Shown here one piece after another: positions 1 through 11,200 of a DNA stretch of 64,000 nt. Source of the stretch: Catajapyx aquilonaris. Taxonomy: Eukaryota. Each line of letters starts with the position of its first letter. The stretch's first letter is position 1. A model generated the notes under the pieces. The model worked only from the letters and a program-made list of their open reading frames with translations, searched no databases and had not been told where the DNA came from. Both the position numbers and the translations under genes were made by a program. The DNA is taken from the NCBI GenBank assembly GCA_000934665.2, contig JYFJ02000973.1:1-64000 (forward strand). Reading direction: 5' to 3'.

Positions 1-559
1 ACCCGCACAATGGACGAGGAGGAGGATCCCATTGCTAGAAAGCGTCGGATGGCTAAGGCACGCAAGGCTAGATGGCTAGCAAAGCAAAGTCAGGAGTCGC
101 TGGACAGAATTCGTCAGGCAGACGCTGCAGCTCATCGCTTAGCACGCCATCCTCTAACGTCTAACCCAATCCATTCCCGACGAAGCTACCATTCATTTTC
201 TGGAGGCCCGAGTCACATGGCCAGCTGTATGTGGCACTGTCCCGGTCTCGCAACCCAAGTCAGGTCAAAGTATTCACTACTCCTACTGCTCAACAAGGGA
301 CATTTCTCTCCAACAACCGAGTCTTTACACAGAATGTTGTATATCGCGAGGTTTTATGAAAAAGACTTTTCTCATGTCCGACTCAAGACTACAGCATGTC
401 CACTGATTCAATGCCACTAAATTTTTCAACCCCGTCTTACGGTTACGACCAGATATACGCTATTTCTTAGTTGTCACTCCGAGAGGCCTCTCATCCCATT
501 TTTTCATTCCCATTGTCCTCATTGCAGGTTTTGCCAAATTTTGGCTACGGGTCCGCTAG
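1..559 (+). mobile_element. Internally deleted Helitron (5' end lies outside the window)
   Basis: 213-359 reads SHGQLYVALSRSRNPSQVKVF...FTQNVVYREVL*, the canonical C-terminus of Helitron Rep/Hel proteins. 10-~140 encodes a basic/helical N-terminal-type segment (MDEEEDPIARKRRMAKARKARWLAKQSQESLDRIRQADAAA). The 3' end has a short hairpin GCCAA-att-TTGGC (533-545) then CTAG (556-559) followed by T. Confidence 0.85.
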
Positions 560-784
560 TTACTAATAATTCACGATTTTTTGGGGGGTAAAGTGCTACC
601 AATTTCATTTAATACACACCCATTCAAATCTCCCATATTCACCTAAGCTCGTGTGACTTTGAACCCCAAAAAATTTCGCCTGCGGCGGACTTCCCCGCCC
701 CCCCNGATTGCATTTCATACAAATACAAATATTTCATACAAATTATACAACTACAAATACCTAAATACAAAATAATACAAATAC

Positions 785-1182
785 AAAATTCGAGGTCATC
801 AACAGCCTATGTGTACAGGGAACAATTCCCAATTTGTGTGGCGTATGCCATTACCATACAGAGGACAGAGCCAAGGCCTGAGTCTCACTAATGCACTCAT
901 CGATATGGGTTCCTCTGTCTTCTCGTGGCTCTTTCCAGAGTTAAAAATATCAATGGAGTGCATCTCATCAATGCCTCCTTTACTAACATCAAGGCTCAAG
1001 AGTCTGCTATTCTGGAGTACGATAGATTGAGATCTATTTACCGACCAGACTTATCCATACTCAAAAGGGCTAATAATAAGGCATCGACAGAAGTGGTTGA
1101 GGATCGCGAATGGGCTATGCGATCAGGTGTAGCAGATGTCCAATTCGCACAACCAGAACAAAAAAAAGGAAGCGTAATATGA
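785..1182 (+). pseudogene. Frameshifted PIF1-family helicase C-terminal fragment (second Helitron/Helentron-type element)
   Basis: Across frameshifts it reads AYVYREQFPICVAYAITI / SQGLSLTNALIDMGSSVFS / VALSRVKNINGVHLIN...AILEYDRLRSIYRPDL. These are the C-terminal SF1B helicase motifs, with the GQAY segment deleted. The C-terminus differs from that of the element at 1-559. Confidence 0.8.
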
Positions 1183-1375
1183 GAAAGCAGAAGAAAATCA
1201 TACCTATTCAGAGGAAAAGATAGAGTTTTACATACTTTCGTATATAACCTACACATTTTGCTCTAAGTTATTCATTACCTTATTTGTAATATTTAACGGA
1301 CCATTGCTTCCCCGCCCAACCGTAGGGGGCTCCCCTTATAATTATCCTACACTCCTGCCTACAAAAAGAGGTGAG

Positions 1376-1872
1376 ATCCCACCAAAAACCTTTCTGTAAA
1401 AAAAAGGCCAAGTTCTCCTGACTGCTTGGCCGTCAAAAGTGGTGAGATCTGAAATACGGTCAAGTTCAACGTCGTTGTCAATTACTGGCATTCTCAACTT
1501 CTTCAACCTAAACCACTAACTTTGTTTTTCCAGGTCGGCCTTAAGTTTAATCATCAAAAAATTTTAATGGAATTTCTCTTGCTGTAACTTGGCCATTGCT
1601 CTTAAAACATTGAAACAATTGTAGAATTCAACAATACCTCGGACATGAGCAATGGCCAAGTTACAGCAAGAGAAATTCCATAAAAAATTTTGATGATTAA
1701 AAACTTAAGGTCGACCTGGAAAAACAAAGTTAGTGGTTTAGGTTGAAGAAGTTGAAAATGCCAGTAATGAGTACGACGTTGAACTTGGCCGTATTTCAGA
1801 TCTCACCACTTTTGACGGCCAAGCAGTCAGGAGAACTTGGCCTTTTTTTTACAGAAAGGTTTTTGGTGGGAT
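1376..1872. repeat. Long inverted repeat (arms 1376-1601 and 1647-1872, 45-bp spacer)
   Basis: ATCCCACCAAAAACCTTTCTGT...TAACTTGGCCATTGCTC is mirrored by GAGCAATGGCCAAGTTA...ACAGAAAGGTTTTTGGTGGGAT with only scattered mismatches and indels. Confidence 0.95.
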
Positions 1873-1888
1873 ATTTCATACCCGTAGC

Positions 1889-2239
1889 AGCAGGGAGCAA
1901 TACATAAGAGGCGCAAACTTCTGTCGGCGCCTTTGATGTTCGCGCCTCTCTGTTTGGGGCCTTTGCCAAGGCTGGCGGCCATCTTGAAGTGTGGGGAACG
2001 CCAACGAGGTATAAATAGGGTACAGGGAAAAATAGGGTCCCCATCTTTGATTCGCGCGTGTACTTGCCGTGTAGTTGCCATGGCCGCCAAAACCATCAAA
2101 GATGGCGGACCCTATTTATACCTTGTTGGCGTTCCCCACACTTCAAGATGGCCGCCAGCCTTGGCAACGGCCCCAAACAGAGAGACGCGGAAATCGAATG
2201 TTTGCGCCTCTTATGTAGTAGCCTATATTATGCTCCCTG
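1889..2239. mobile_element. Foldback MITE with CAGGG...CCCTG ends, possibly hAT-type
   Basis: Arms ~1890-2051 and ~2095-2240 are reverse complements (CTTGAAGTGTGGGGAACGCCAAC / GTTGGCGTTCCCCACACTTCAAG). The direct repeat CCCGTAGC at 1881-1888 and 2240-2247 resembles an 8-bp target-site duplication, offset by 2 nt on the left. Confidence 0.7.
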
Positions 2240-2447
2240 CCCGTAGCCTCTGGGGTTACGTTTCAACTTGGCAACGTCGCAAACGTCGTCCTTCCCCCAA
2301 GTGTAGCGTTGGAAATAAGTGCAGCACTTATTTTTTACCAGTACACCCACTATCATTGATAATTCCAACCCTGAACGATGCGCGAACTGCGGTGCGCACT
2401 TACTGTTAGTTGCGCTCGAGTTATATATTTAAAAAAAATCTACATTA

Positions 2448-2700
2448 TTAAATGAGCTTTGGTTAGAAGGTTATTGTAATGTTGAATCCGCCAATAATTC
2501 GGTCCTCATTGTTCGCCGCAGACTAACGAACGTTATTGTGGCTTTGCCAACCCGTACGATAAATTGCGATTGAAACTATTAAATGAGCTTTTCGGGAAAT
2601 TAGGCTCCTTCCTCTCATTTTGGCAATGAAAAAAAAAGTTATCGTCTTGTTGAATCCGGCCAATTGTGCGAACGTTATTGTGGCTTTGCCAACCGTGCCA
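2448..2700 (+). repeat. Diverged tandem duplication, ~135-bp unit
   Basis: TAAATGAGCTTT, GTTGAATCCG and GAACGTTATTGTGGCTTTGCCAACC each occur twice in the same order. Confidence 0.75.
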
Positions 2701-2885
2701 TAAAGATTGTGATTGTCGCTAGCTTTTTGAGCAATTAAAGGCAGCTCCTTCCATAGGCAAATGGAGCATTGTTGGATCCAAATTCTTCTGTACATAACTG
2801 ATGTGCGTTGCCAGGCAATCGCAAATAATTATTAAAGTGACATTTTTGGACATTCGGCCGAGCATTTTAGCAGCTCCTTAGAATC

Positions 2886-3487
2886 ATGTCCTGCAACAAG
2901 GAAATTACTCTCATGAGTGAGGTACTGTGCTTTCAAATATTATTGTAATAAGTCCCACTTTTTTTTTGTAAGGTCTTGTGAGGTATTTTGTGCTCATGTA
3001 TTGTAAGTACTCGACATGTCCCCATTTTGTTGTTGTTGTTGTTGTTGTTGTTGTTAAGGTGGACGATGACCGGACACCAGCTGTCCCTTATTACGAGTAC
3101 ATCCAATCCCGCAATGACCTTCCTGAGAAACTGAAGGACCTGGCGATCAAGCTGCATTACCGAGAGCCCATCCGGAAGATGAGGGCTCTGCACCAACAGA
3201 TCCTGGACGAGGCCAAGCGTGACTATGAAGTGGTTCGAAAGGAGCTGCTGGACATGGAAAGCGAAGCCATGTTCGTGGTTGCACGGGAGAGGCTGCTGGT
3301 GCAATTCCTGGTGAGGACTGGTCGAGAAGATGAGGTCATCATGGTCTACAGCAGTGGACAGATGAAGAGAGGGGCTGGAGATGGGGGCCTCATGGTTGAT
3401 GCTGGGCTTATTCCAGCAACAGGAGTGTCCCCAGCTGGAGAAGTGTCCAGCAGTGCAGGAGGAATCAGACGAAGATTGAGGCGATGA
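2886..3487 (+). CDS. Predicted 2-exon orphan gene A, 154 aa, helical/charged (exons 2886-2921 and 3059-3487)
   Basis: ATG 2886 gives MSCNKEITLMSE|gtactg. The acceptor ttaag| at 3058 joins in frame to VDDDRTPAVPYYEYIQSRNDLPEKLKDLAIKLHYREPIRKMRALHQQILDEAKRDYEVVRKELLDMESE... The exon is GC-rich with coding-like codons against AT-rich flanks. AATAAA at 3590. Confidence 0.6.
3028..3055 (+). repeat. (GTT)n microsatellite in the intron of gene A
   Basis: Directly visible; it explains the poly-Val in the ORF track. Confidence 0.9.
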
Positions 3488-3639
3488 TGCTGGTGTGACC
3501 AGCAGGTCAGAGGTCAAGAGCAGGTCAGAGGTCAAGACGACGGGGGCAAATTGCTGTGATGGTTTGAAGTCAAATCATGATGTGAAGTGAATAAATTGTG
3601 ATAGCGATCAACTCATTGGTTATTATTGGTTTCACGGAA

Positions 3640-4170
3640 ATTAAAATAATAAAATAAATAAATAGGCTAATGACAAATTAATTAAATCCATTCATTTCAT
3701 ATTTATATCATATTATGAATTATAATTAATACAAATTAACGATATAATGCTTATGAATTTATTTATTATTATTATTATAGAATTATTATTATATTATTAT
3801 AGAATTATTATATTATTATTATAGAATTATTATAGAATTATTATAGTATTATTATTATTATTTATATTTACATTTTTATATTATTTTATGAATTACAATT
3901 AATACAAATTAATGACAATGGTTATGCATTTATTAATTTTATATTTATACTTATCATCTTTATGTTGATTAATCAATATAAAATAATTAAACCAATTAAT
4001 TACATAATTAATGATATATTTATATTTATATTAATTAATTAATGCAAATGACTAAATCAATTAATTATATTAACTAACACAAAACGATTAAATCAAGAAA
4101 TTATATTAATTAATTTTATATCTATATTTATTTATTTTATATTAATTACTTACTTAATTAATTAATTAAA
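3640..4170. repeat. Extremely AT-rich low-complexity tract with ATTATTATAGA-type repeats
   Basis: Directly visible composition and short repeats at ~3765-3860. Confidence 0.85.
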
Positions 4171-4477
4171 AATGATAGGCCAATGCAAAATAATCCAGCC
4201 CTGTAGTTGAGGTTATGCGAACCTATCATTACGTACAATAAAGAGTACAATTTTGCATAATGAAGCCATAATACCCTACAAACCGTGCTAATTGCTTTAA
4301 GAACGGCGTCCAACAATGATTGCAAAGCATGACGATCTGATATGCTTGAACCACCGTTAATTGTCCAGTCCATATAACCTTCTGATGCCAGGGAAACAAT
4401 TCAATAAACAAACATAATTTTTGATACAACCGAATACACGTACAATTTTTGATACATCCGAACTCAGCTCCAAAAGT

Positions 4478-4825
4478 ATGCCCAACATGAACCGGTGGAA
4501 AAGTGAGGTAATTACATATTTATATTCTCCTCCTACTAAATATGTTAGACAGAATCTTGTAAATAATGTATGCCAAATTTTTTAGAGGGAGGACAGGCGT
4601 ACTTGCGAGTACTTGAAGAAGCAAGTGAAGGCACTTACTGCTCAAATGGTTTTTATTCAAGAAGCCAGGAAGTGGGTAGACGATAATATGCTGTGCACTG
4701 CTGGTACTTCTGCCTCTGCGTCTTCCTCTAACGGACAGAAGAAAGTTGGCGAGGATGGCACAGCCAACGAGGACCCGACTGCTATGCCGAAGGGCAAAGA
4801 TGAAAAAGCAGCAAAGACAGATTAA
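4478..4825 (+). CDS. Predicted 2-exon orphan gene B, 89 aa (exons 4478-4507 and 4586-4825)
   Basis: ATG 4478 gives MPNMNRWKSE|gtaatt. The acceptor ttttttag| at 4585 joins in frame to REDRRTCEYLKKQVKALTAQMVFIQEARKWVDDNML...DEKAAKTD*. AATAAA at 4933. Confidence 0.6.
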
Positions 4826-5287
4826 GACGAGATCGGGTCAAAGGTCAACCAGAGAAGCAGTTCATGAAGACACGGCAACTGAAAGATTGAGCACAAATTA
4901 TAGTTCAGACTGATATGAAGTGTAACAATATCAATAAAATTTTTTGAAACAGCCAACAAAAGAGATAAATTGTTTACCTGCGATAATTATGAAGATGGAT
5001 GACATATGGTGCACTAAAATCAATTACCCGAGTATTGCACAAAAATTTTACCTACGACAAGTACAAAGATGCGTAATACACCAAAGTATTACCCAAGTAC
5101 TACACAGAATAAGAACTAAAATTCATATTGCGAATAAATAAAGGGCAGCTACCAAAAAAACTGCAAATGTGACTTGAATTTATTGTTAAACATAGCATGT
5201 ACAGCACATCACCTAACTTTAAAAAAAAAATTATACTTATGAATAACATTATGCACTTTTTTTTTCCGCTACTGAGGACTTTGAGAA

Positions 5288-8200
5288 TTATTCATCTCCA
5301 TAATCTTCTTCGCTTGTGCTGCCTCGAGGTCGTTTCGTGGCTGCCAATGAAAATTCCTCCTCAAATCCCTGCGGAAAAAATATAATGAACATTACGCAGC
5401 GCACACATACGCTGATTACGCTCTTTGTAGTTTAATAAGTCCAGACGACTATCATCACGTTGAGGTGTAATAAGCTTTACCATCGCATCGTTAAAGACTC
5501 ACGTATTCAATGTATGCAGGCCTGGGATATATGCAAGGATGACACTCGAAGAAGGAGGCACCGTCATTGTCCGCAGCACACTCGCAAAGGTGGCAAGGAG
5601 CCTGAGCAGCCGTCAGAGCAACTCGCCTTCCAAACACGGTCAGGAACTTTTTGAGCAAGTTCTTACCGCCGGCTTCCAATTTCCTCCCAGCAAACACGGT
5701 CCCGTTTGTCTCCAACGCAAGAGGAGTGCAGTAACCTAAAGCCGACTTTGGTAGCCTCACCTACAACGGAGCGATAACTATGAGTACGAAATGTAACAGC
5801 AACGTGAAATGTACCTGTCTCCGCAGATCTGGATCGCCAACCAGCTGTCCTTTGCCGGCGTCCCGTTTGGTGTATCCGTTGCTTCCGTCCATTCCGAAGA
5901 ACGTCTTGGACTCTCGCGGCTTATCAAAATGGAAGACGCCGTTCATTAGGATATGCAACGTGACGTCTCGCTCCAGCAGAGCTTGATGCACCGTGGTGTA
6001 GTCCGCTTCCTGAGAGCTGCAGCTTCCGCATGGGATGAGAATGAATGTGCGAGAAGCACCTGGTCTGAACGGCAGGCGGGAAGCGAACAGAAGTGCCTCG
6101 AATATGTTGCTGTGATGTTCATCTCCGCCAACCGGTATTTGATCAAAGTGAGTCAGGATGCTTTGAGGCGAGGCAAACACAGTTCCTTGCGATGTGATCA
6201 CATGTGGATGCCAGTACACACCGTCGCCACCGAACACAACCACAGCATACCTGCATGAAAAAAAAAGAGATCCCTCATGAAATACGTCAACCATGGGTGC
6301 AACGTCAGACTTCAGACCTGTTTGTAATGACTTTCTGAACGCTCAGCTCCTTGTTAATCATTTCGATAAGTTCCTGCATCTTCCGTCTCTGCTTGATGTC
6401 TCTATTGCACGACTTGGCTTCAACGAGGAACACCACGTCTGTCGATGGTCTTCCAGGACGGCCTTCGACTTGCCGCAACTCTCCCTCCACCATCTCCTTA
6501 CCGTCGCCAGTGCTGCACCTAAATACACATGCATTATTATACTGTACATAACACTGCAATGTGATGAAACGTACTTGATGCACAAGCTTGGAATTCGGAG
6601 CGGAATATCCTTCGCACGGCAGGCCTCCATATATCCGACGGCTGAGGTACAAACAACTTTGTCTCTAAAATCTGGGCTTTGCAGGCATATTTGATAGAAA
6701 GGCTCCGGATCAACCTGTAATTTAACGATTTTGTTTAATTGTACATATGGTTGGACAATAAATCTACTTACAATGGAGAAACATGGCTGTAGCTCCGAAA
6801 CCTGGCTTCGGTACAACTTGTCGCACATGTACCGTATTCTATGGTCCACAGATTCAGCCGAGACTTCCGGCTCCGACTCTGTCGGTTCGCACTGAGTCTC
6901 TCCGACGTCCCAGCTCTGCGCCATTGCCTGGTGGTCCGTTTCCTGCAACCTTTCAGGCGTCCACAGATCGTTCGAAGCTTCGTGGTCCAAGGTGCCAAAC
7001 AGCCCTCCGGTCTTAGCGAAATACCAGCCCGAGAGGGTCAGACGACAAACACCGAAATGTATGTTGCACTCAAGGTGAACACCAGACGAAGATTCGGCTG
7101 TTACGACAACACGTTCTTGGTACACGGATATTCCATCCATCTGGGCTGGAAGTTGGAGGTCGCTCCGTTTGTTTCTCACGGCCTGATACAAAAACGATTC
7201 AATGGCATCGTACGACTTTTGTTGACACAACTTTTACACTCACCCCTGAGGAAAGATCGATGATGACGGATTCCTTTCCGACAGTCAGAATCACCTCTGG
7301 GAGACCGCCTCTCTGCGAATTGTACTTGGCCGTCAGTGTGAAGTTTCCATCCACAAAATCGGACGCTAGGACATACGCGCACGATCCTTTCATCTTGTAC
7401 AGGACGCCATCGAAAGTCATGAAGTGCGACGGACCAATAAGAAGCGCATGGCCTGAAAGAAATTGTTGCAGTATATATTTGCAGCAAAATGTATAAAGAA
7501 AAGAAAGGTCACCTTTGAAAGGAGGAGCCCAACTGTCCATGTCAAAGTATGGCTTCCATTGGTAGTAATAATCCCAAAATGATCGGTTCGATGACTTGAA
7601 CGAGTCTTGAAAGTTCTTGAAAGCTTGGTACTCTGGTAGTTGCTGCAACGAAGGGTCGTACACACTTATGCGACATGAACTTAACGATACGGACAAGTTT
7701 TCGTTGTACCCTGACTTACATCGTACAGTGGTTCTTGATCAAACGAGTGCCAAGGGAACGGCAGTTTCTGTTCCAACTCAATGTTTCCGTGCTCCGGATC
7801 GAAGATGAACTTTGTCTTCTGCCCGGTGTGTCTTTCGACAGCCTCAATCGCATTCTGGGTGAACAGATGCGTCCCCTTCACGTACAGTGTGACCAGAATC
7901 TCCTTCACTTTTCCCTTGATGTCCAGGTAGTTGTAGACACCGGCAATCTGAGCAGCGAATTAATATTTATCGATGACACCGCAACAGTCAGTAAAAGTAA
8001 TTTCCCCGTAAACGAACCGACCTTTTGCCAGCCGTACTTGACGTACTCCGCAATCTGAGCCACTCTCGGGTTTCGCATGTACTCGTCCCACTTGGCCGCA
8101 AGGAAGTTTCCAAAATCACCGAGGTAATTTCCTGAAAACAATTATCGATAAGTGAAAAGTTACAAAGTGGGATAATTGTTGAGCTCACTGAATCGCGACA

Positions 8201-11200
8201 GGTTGGCGTATCTCTCCTGAAGGAACCGCACCACTAAGCTGTAGTACTTGCGGATGTTTGTCGCAGCATCGTTCGTCGTCATGTCCTGGTAGAACTCGTC
8301 TATGTCTTGGGCCAGACTCTTCAGCTTCTGGTAATACCGATTCTTCGACAAGTCATCCTTGGTTTCGTACAAATAATCTGTAATTGATGTAGCGATTCGT
8401 AAGCGATGGAAACGGATTGTAATGAAATGTGATGTGACCATTTGTTAGTAAGTAGTCGCTTGTACTCCCAAAAAGCCCCGATTTGCTAAGCAGATCGTTT
8501 TTAAATTATTTTAAGAGATGAGATGGCTTTTTATATCATGCGTTACGGACATTTGCCTCTCACCTCTATCGTCTTGAGTTCGTTCCAAAGTTTCAAAGTT
8601 GGCCGACCTCTCGTTTCTACAACAATCCCTTTCCCTTCTAATGAGAGGCGTATTTCCAGGGCTATAAATTTCCCCTTTCACCAAGAGTGCAAATAATATA
8701 TTAATTAAATACCTTCCATTAAATTGTCATAAAGTGAAAAAAATATTTTGTCTAAGTAATTACTTTTGCTACATTTCCGTTCGCTATTGTACATTCCGTT
8801 GCGAAAATCTTTGCGGAAAACATACCTGATATGTACGTAACCACTTTCCACACAGCGGTTTCAATATTATGGTAGACCTGCAGTAGCTTCGGTTTCCATC
8901 GCTCCACCAGTGAGAGGACCTTGTCGTTAACGAACTGCCAGGCCATCTGGCTGTAGTAGTTCCAGGCCGTCTGGAGGTTGCGATTCCAGGTCTTCATTAA
9001 CTGGCTGTACGACTCCAGGAGATGCTCGTACATTTCGTCCAGCTTCTCGTAAAAGCGGCTCGAATCGCTGCTTTCGAAAATGGCCGATACTCTGGTGCTG
9101 ATGTCTCGTAACTGGAATGCAAAATTAATACATTAATAATAAGTCGGAAGATAAAATTTTTTTAAATGCGAATAATTCAAACGTACCGCTTCCATCGCCT
9201 TAAGTATGACCTTCTCTAAGGCGACACCCGCGTCACCAAGTATGACTGTAAGTTTCTGCACAAATTCCTTGTAAAACTCCTCATATCTGGAAGTAAGAAA
9301 ATATGCAAGGTCCAGAATCATTAAAAAAATTACACCATCGGACATTTTCCTCCGGAGATTATTATGAGTGTCCAATCTAACACAACTTATCAATTATTAG
9401 TAATTTGTAATATTAGTAATTAGTAATTTCCACACCTGATTTCTACTTCCTCGAACGCCAGTACGGCCACACCGTAGATGTCTCGCATGTAAAACTCATT
9501 GTCGTCGTACATCCCTCGTACGTATGCTAGTAACTGGCCGTAGTCATCCGCAAATGTCTCCAGATCGCTGAAACAACATGTAATGCCTACTAGTACATTT
9601 GCAGTGTTTTACATAAAAATTTGTCAGTTATCATCTTGAATTAAACGCATATGTGGACCATACTAATTACAACTGCAATTGTACCTGAGCTCATCCAAAA
9701 ATGGCTGCAACGTTGTTTCCATGTCGTCCCACAAGTTGTACGTCATCTCGGAATACTCTTCCTCCAGAAACTCCTGCCACTGCGGAACCGACTCGGACAC
9801 CAAGTAATCCCACCTGTCCTGCATGTTGTCCCACTTATCCTGAAAAAAGAAAGTGAAATGTACCGCAATCTCGGTCATGCACGAGTTTCGTTACACTTAC
9901 TTGGAACTCGCTGCAGATTGCGGGATTCCATCCAAGCCTGGAAGTCAGCAGGTGAGTATTGTTGAGCCGGACGTGGAACTGAACTCGAGGGAGTTTGGTC
10001 AGATTGTGCTGCTCCCACGAATTGAATGTTATGTGTCGAGTATCGATAACGCCGCCTTCGATGTTCAGCGTGTCCGTTGACTCTGCAAATATATTCAACA
10101 TACGGAACATTTTTTTAAAAATCGACATAGTCTGGTAGAATCTTTGTTGACGTTTGCTCGGCTCATGCTTTGGGAATAATTTACATATTGTTCTAACCTT
10201 GATCGTAGCTAACCAGCAGCTTAACGAATGGCTTGTCTAAATCCGCTCTCAGTTTGGCAGCACCGTCAAATGCATCCTTGTAAGTCTTCCCCATGTCTAT
10301 GGTGTACTCTGGAAAGTGTCCGTTGACTTTACCCGTCAGAACCGTCTTCCCCGTTGAAGGTATCCACTGAAATGAGCCAGAAATTACGGCATATCCAGCA
10401 TACTGCACGGGGAAACTCACCTCGATCTTTCCCTGTGCGGACGAGTAATCCAGGAGCGCGATTGCTTCCATGCTTTCGCTTACGTCGTCTCCTCTGACGT
10501 ACCGCCATTTGTTCTCAAGCCGAATACCTCGTTCGTCGCCAAGACCGGCTTCGGACACTTCGAAATTGAACCTGAAATCGCAATAGTTTGTAAGACCAAT
10601 TGAAGCGCCGAACAGTACGAACTTACATTGTCGCATTGTGCTCAACTTGGAAGGTAGCCCATTGCTTAAACATGGATCCGGATGATTCCCAGTACGCCTT
10701 CGCAGCAGCCGTCAGTCGCTGCTTAACGTCCGGAGAGTAATCTAATGAAAACTTGGCTCCGTGAAAGTCCTTCATGTTACTCTGGTAGTCGGCCATTGCT
10801 CTCAGGTCCTACAATTTTAAAAAAAATGTGATTACAAGTCTAATTACACGGATTAAAAACTCACCGTTTGCAGCTTCGGATTTTTAATCAGCACGATAAC
10901 TCTCTGGAGCGCAAACGGAGGCGGCGGCTGATTGTTCCAGTGCACAACGGCACCGATCTTCTTCTTCGGATCTCTGGTGTCCCAGTTAAAGTCCGCTTCC
11001 ATATCAAGCGATCCCGGCAGTTTATGGTACGATCCGACAAGAAGAACTGATCTTGCCGGGTACGTTGCTCTCATATTGTAAGCATACCTCTGGAAAGTTA
11101 GGCTCTAAGTACGTCCGTAAAAAAAATAATGTACTCGAATTGAAAAGCGCTTACGTTGGACAGATCCAGAACATTTAGAGTGTAGCTGATCCACATGCCT

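Noticed and set aside
10..420. 136-aa ORF as an intact gene
   Set aside because: It is a chimera across the Helitron deletion; the recognisable helicase tail is in another frame (213-359).
1796..2409. ORFs on both strands sharing PYLYLVGVPHTSRWPPALA
   Set aside because: A by-product of the inverted repeat, with no independent coding evidence.
2973..2982. Possible 10-nt microexon (taag|GTCTTGTGAG|gtattt) in the gene A intron
   Set aside because: Inclusion breaks the frame, and the alternative upstream frame contains a stop.
2933..3535. 200-aa minus-strand ORF with poly-Asn
   Set aside because: Antisense shadow of gene A and its (GTT)n intron; the splice and poly(A) signals support the plus strand.
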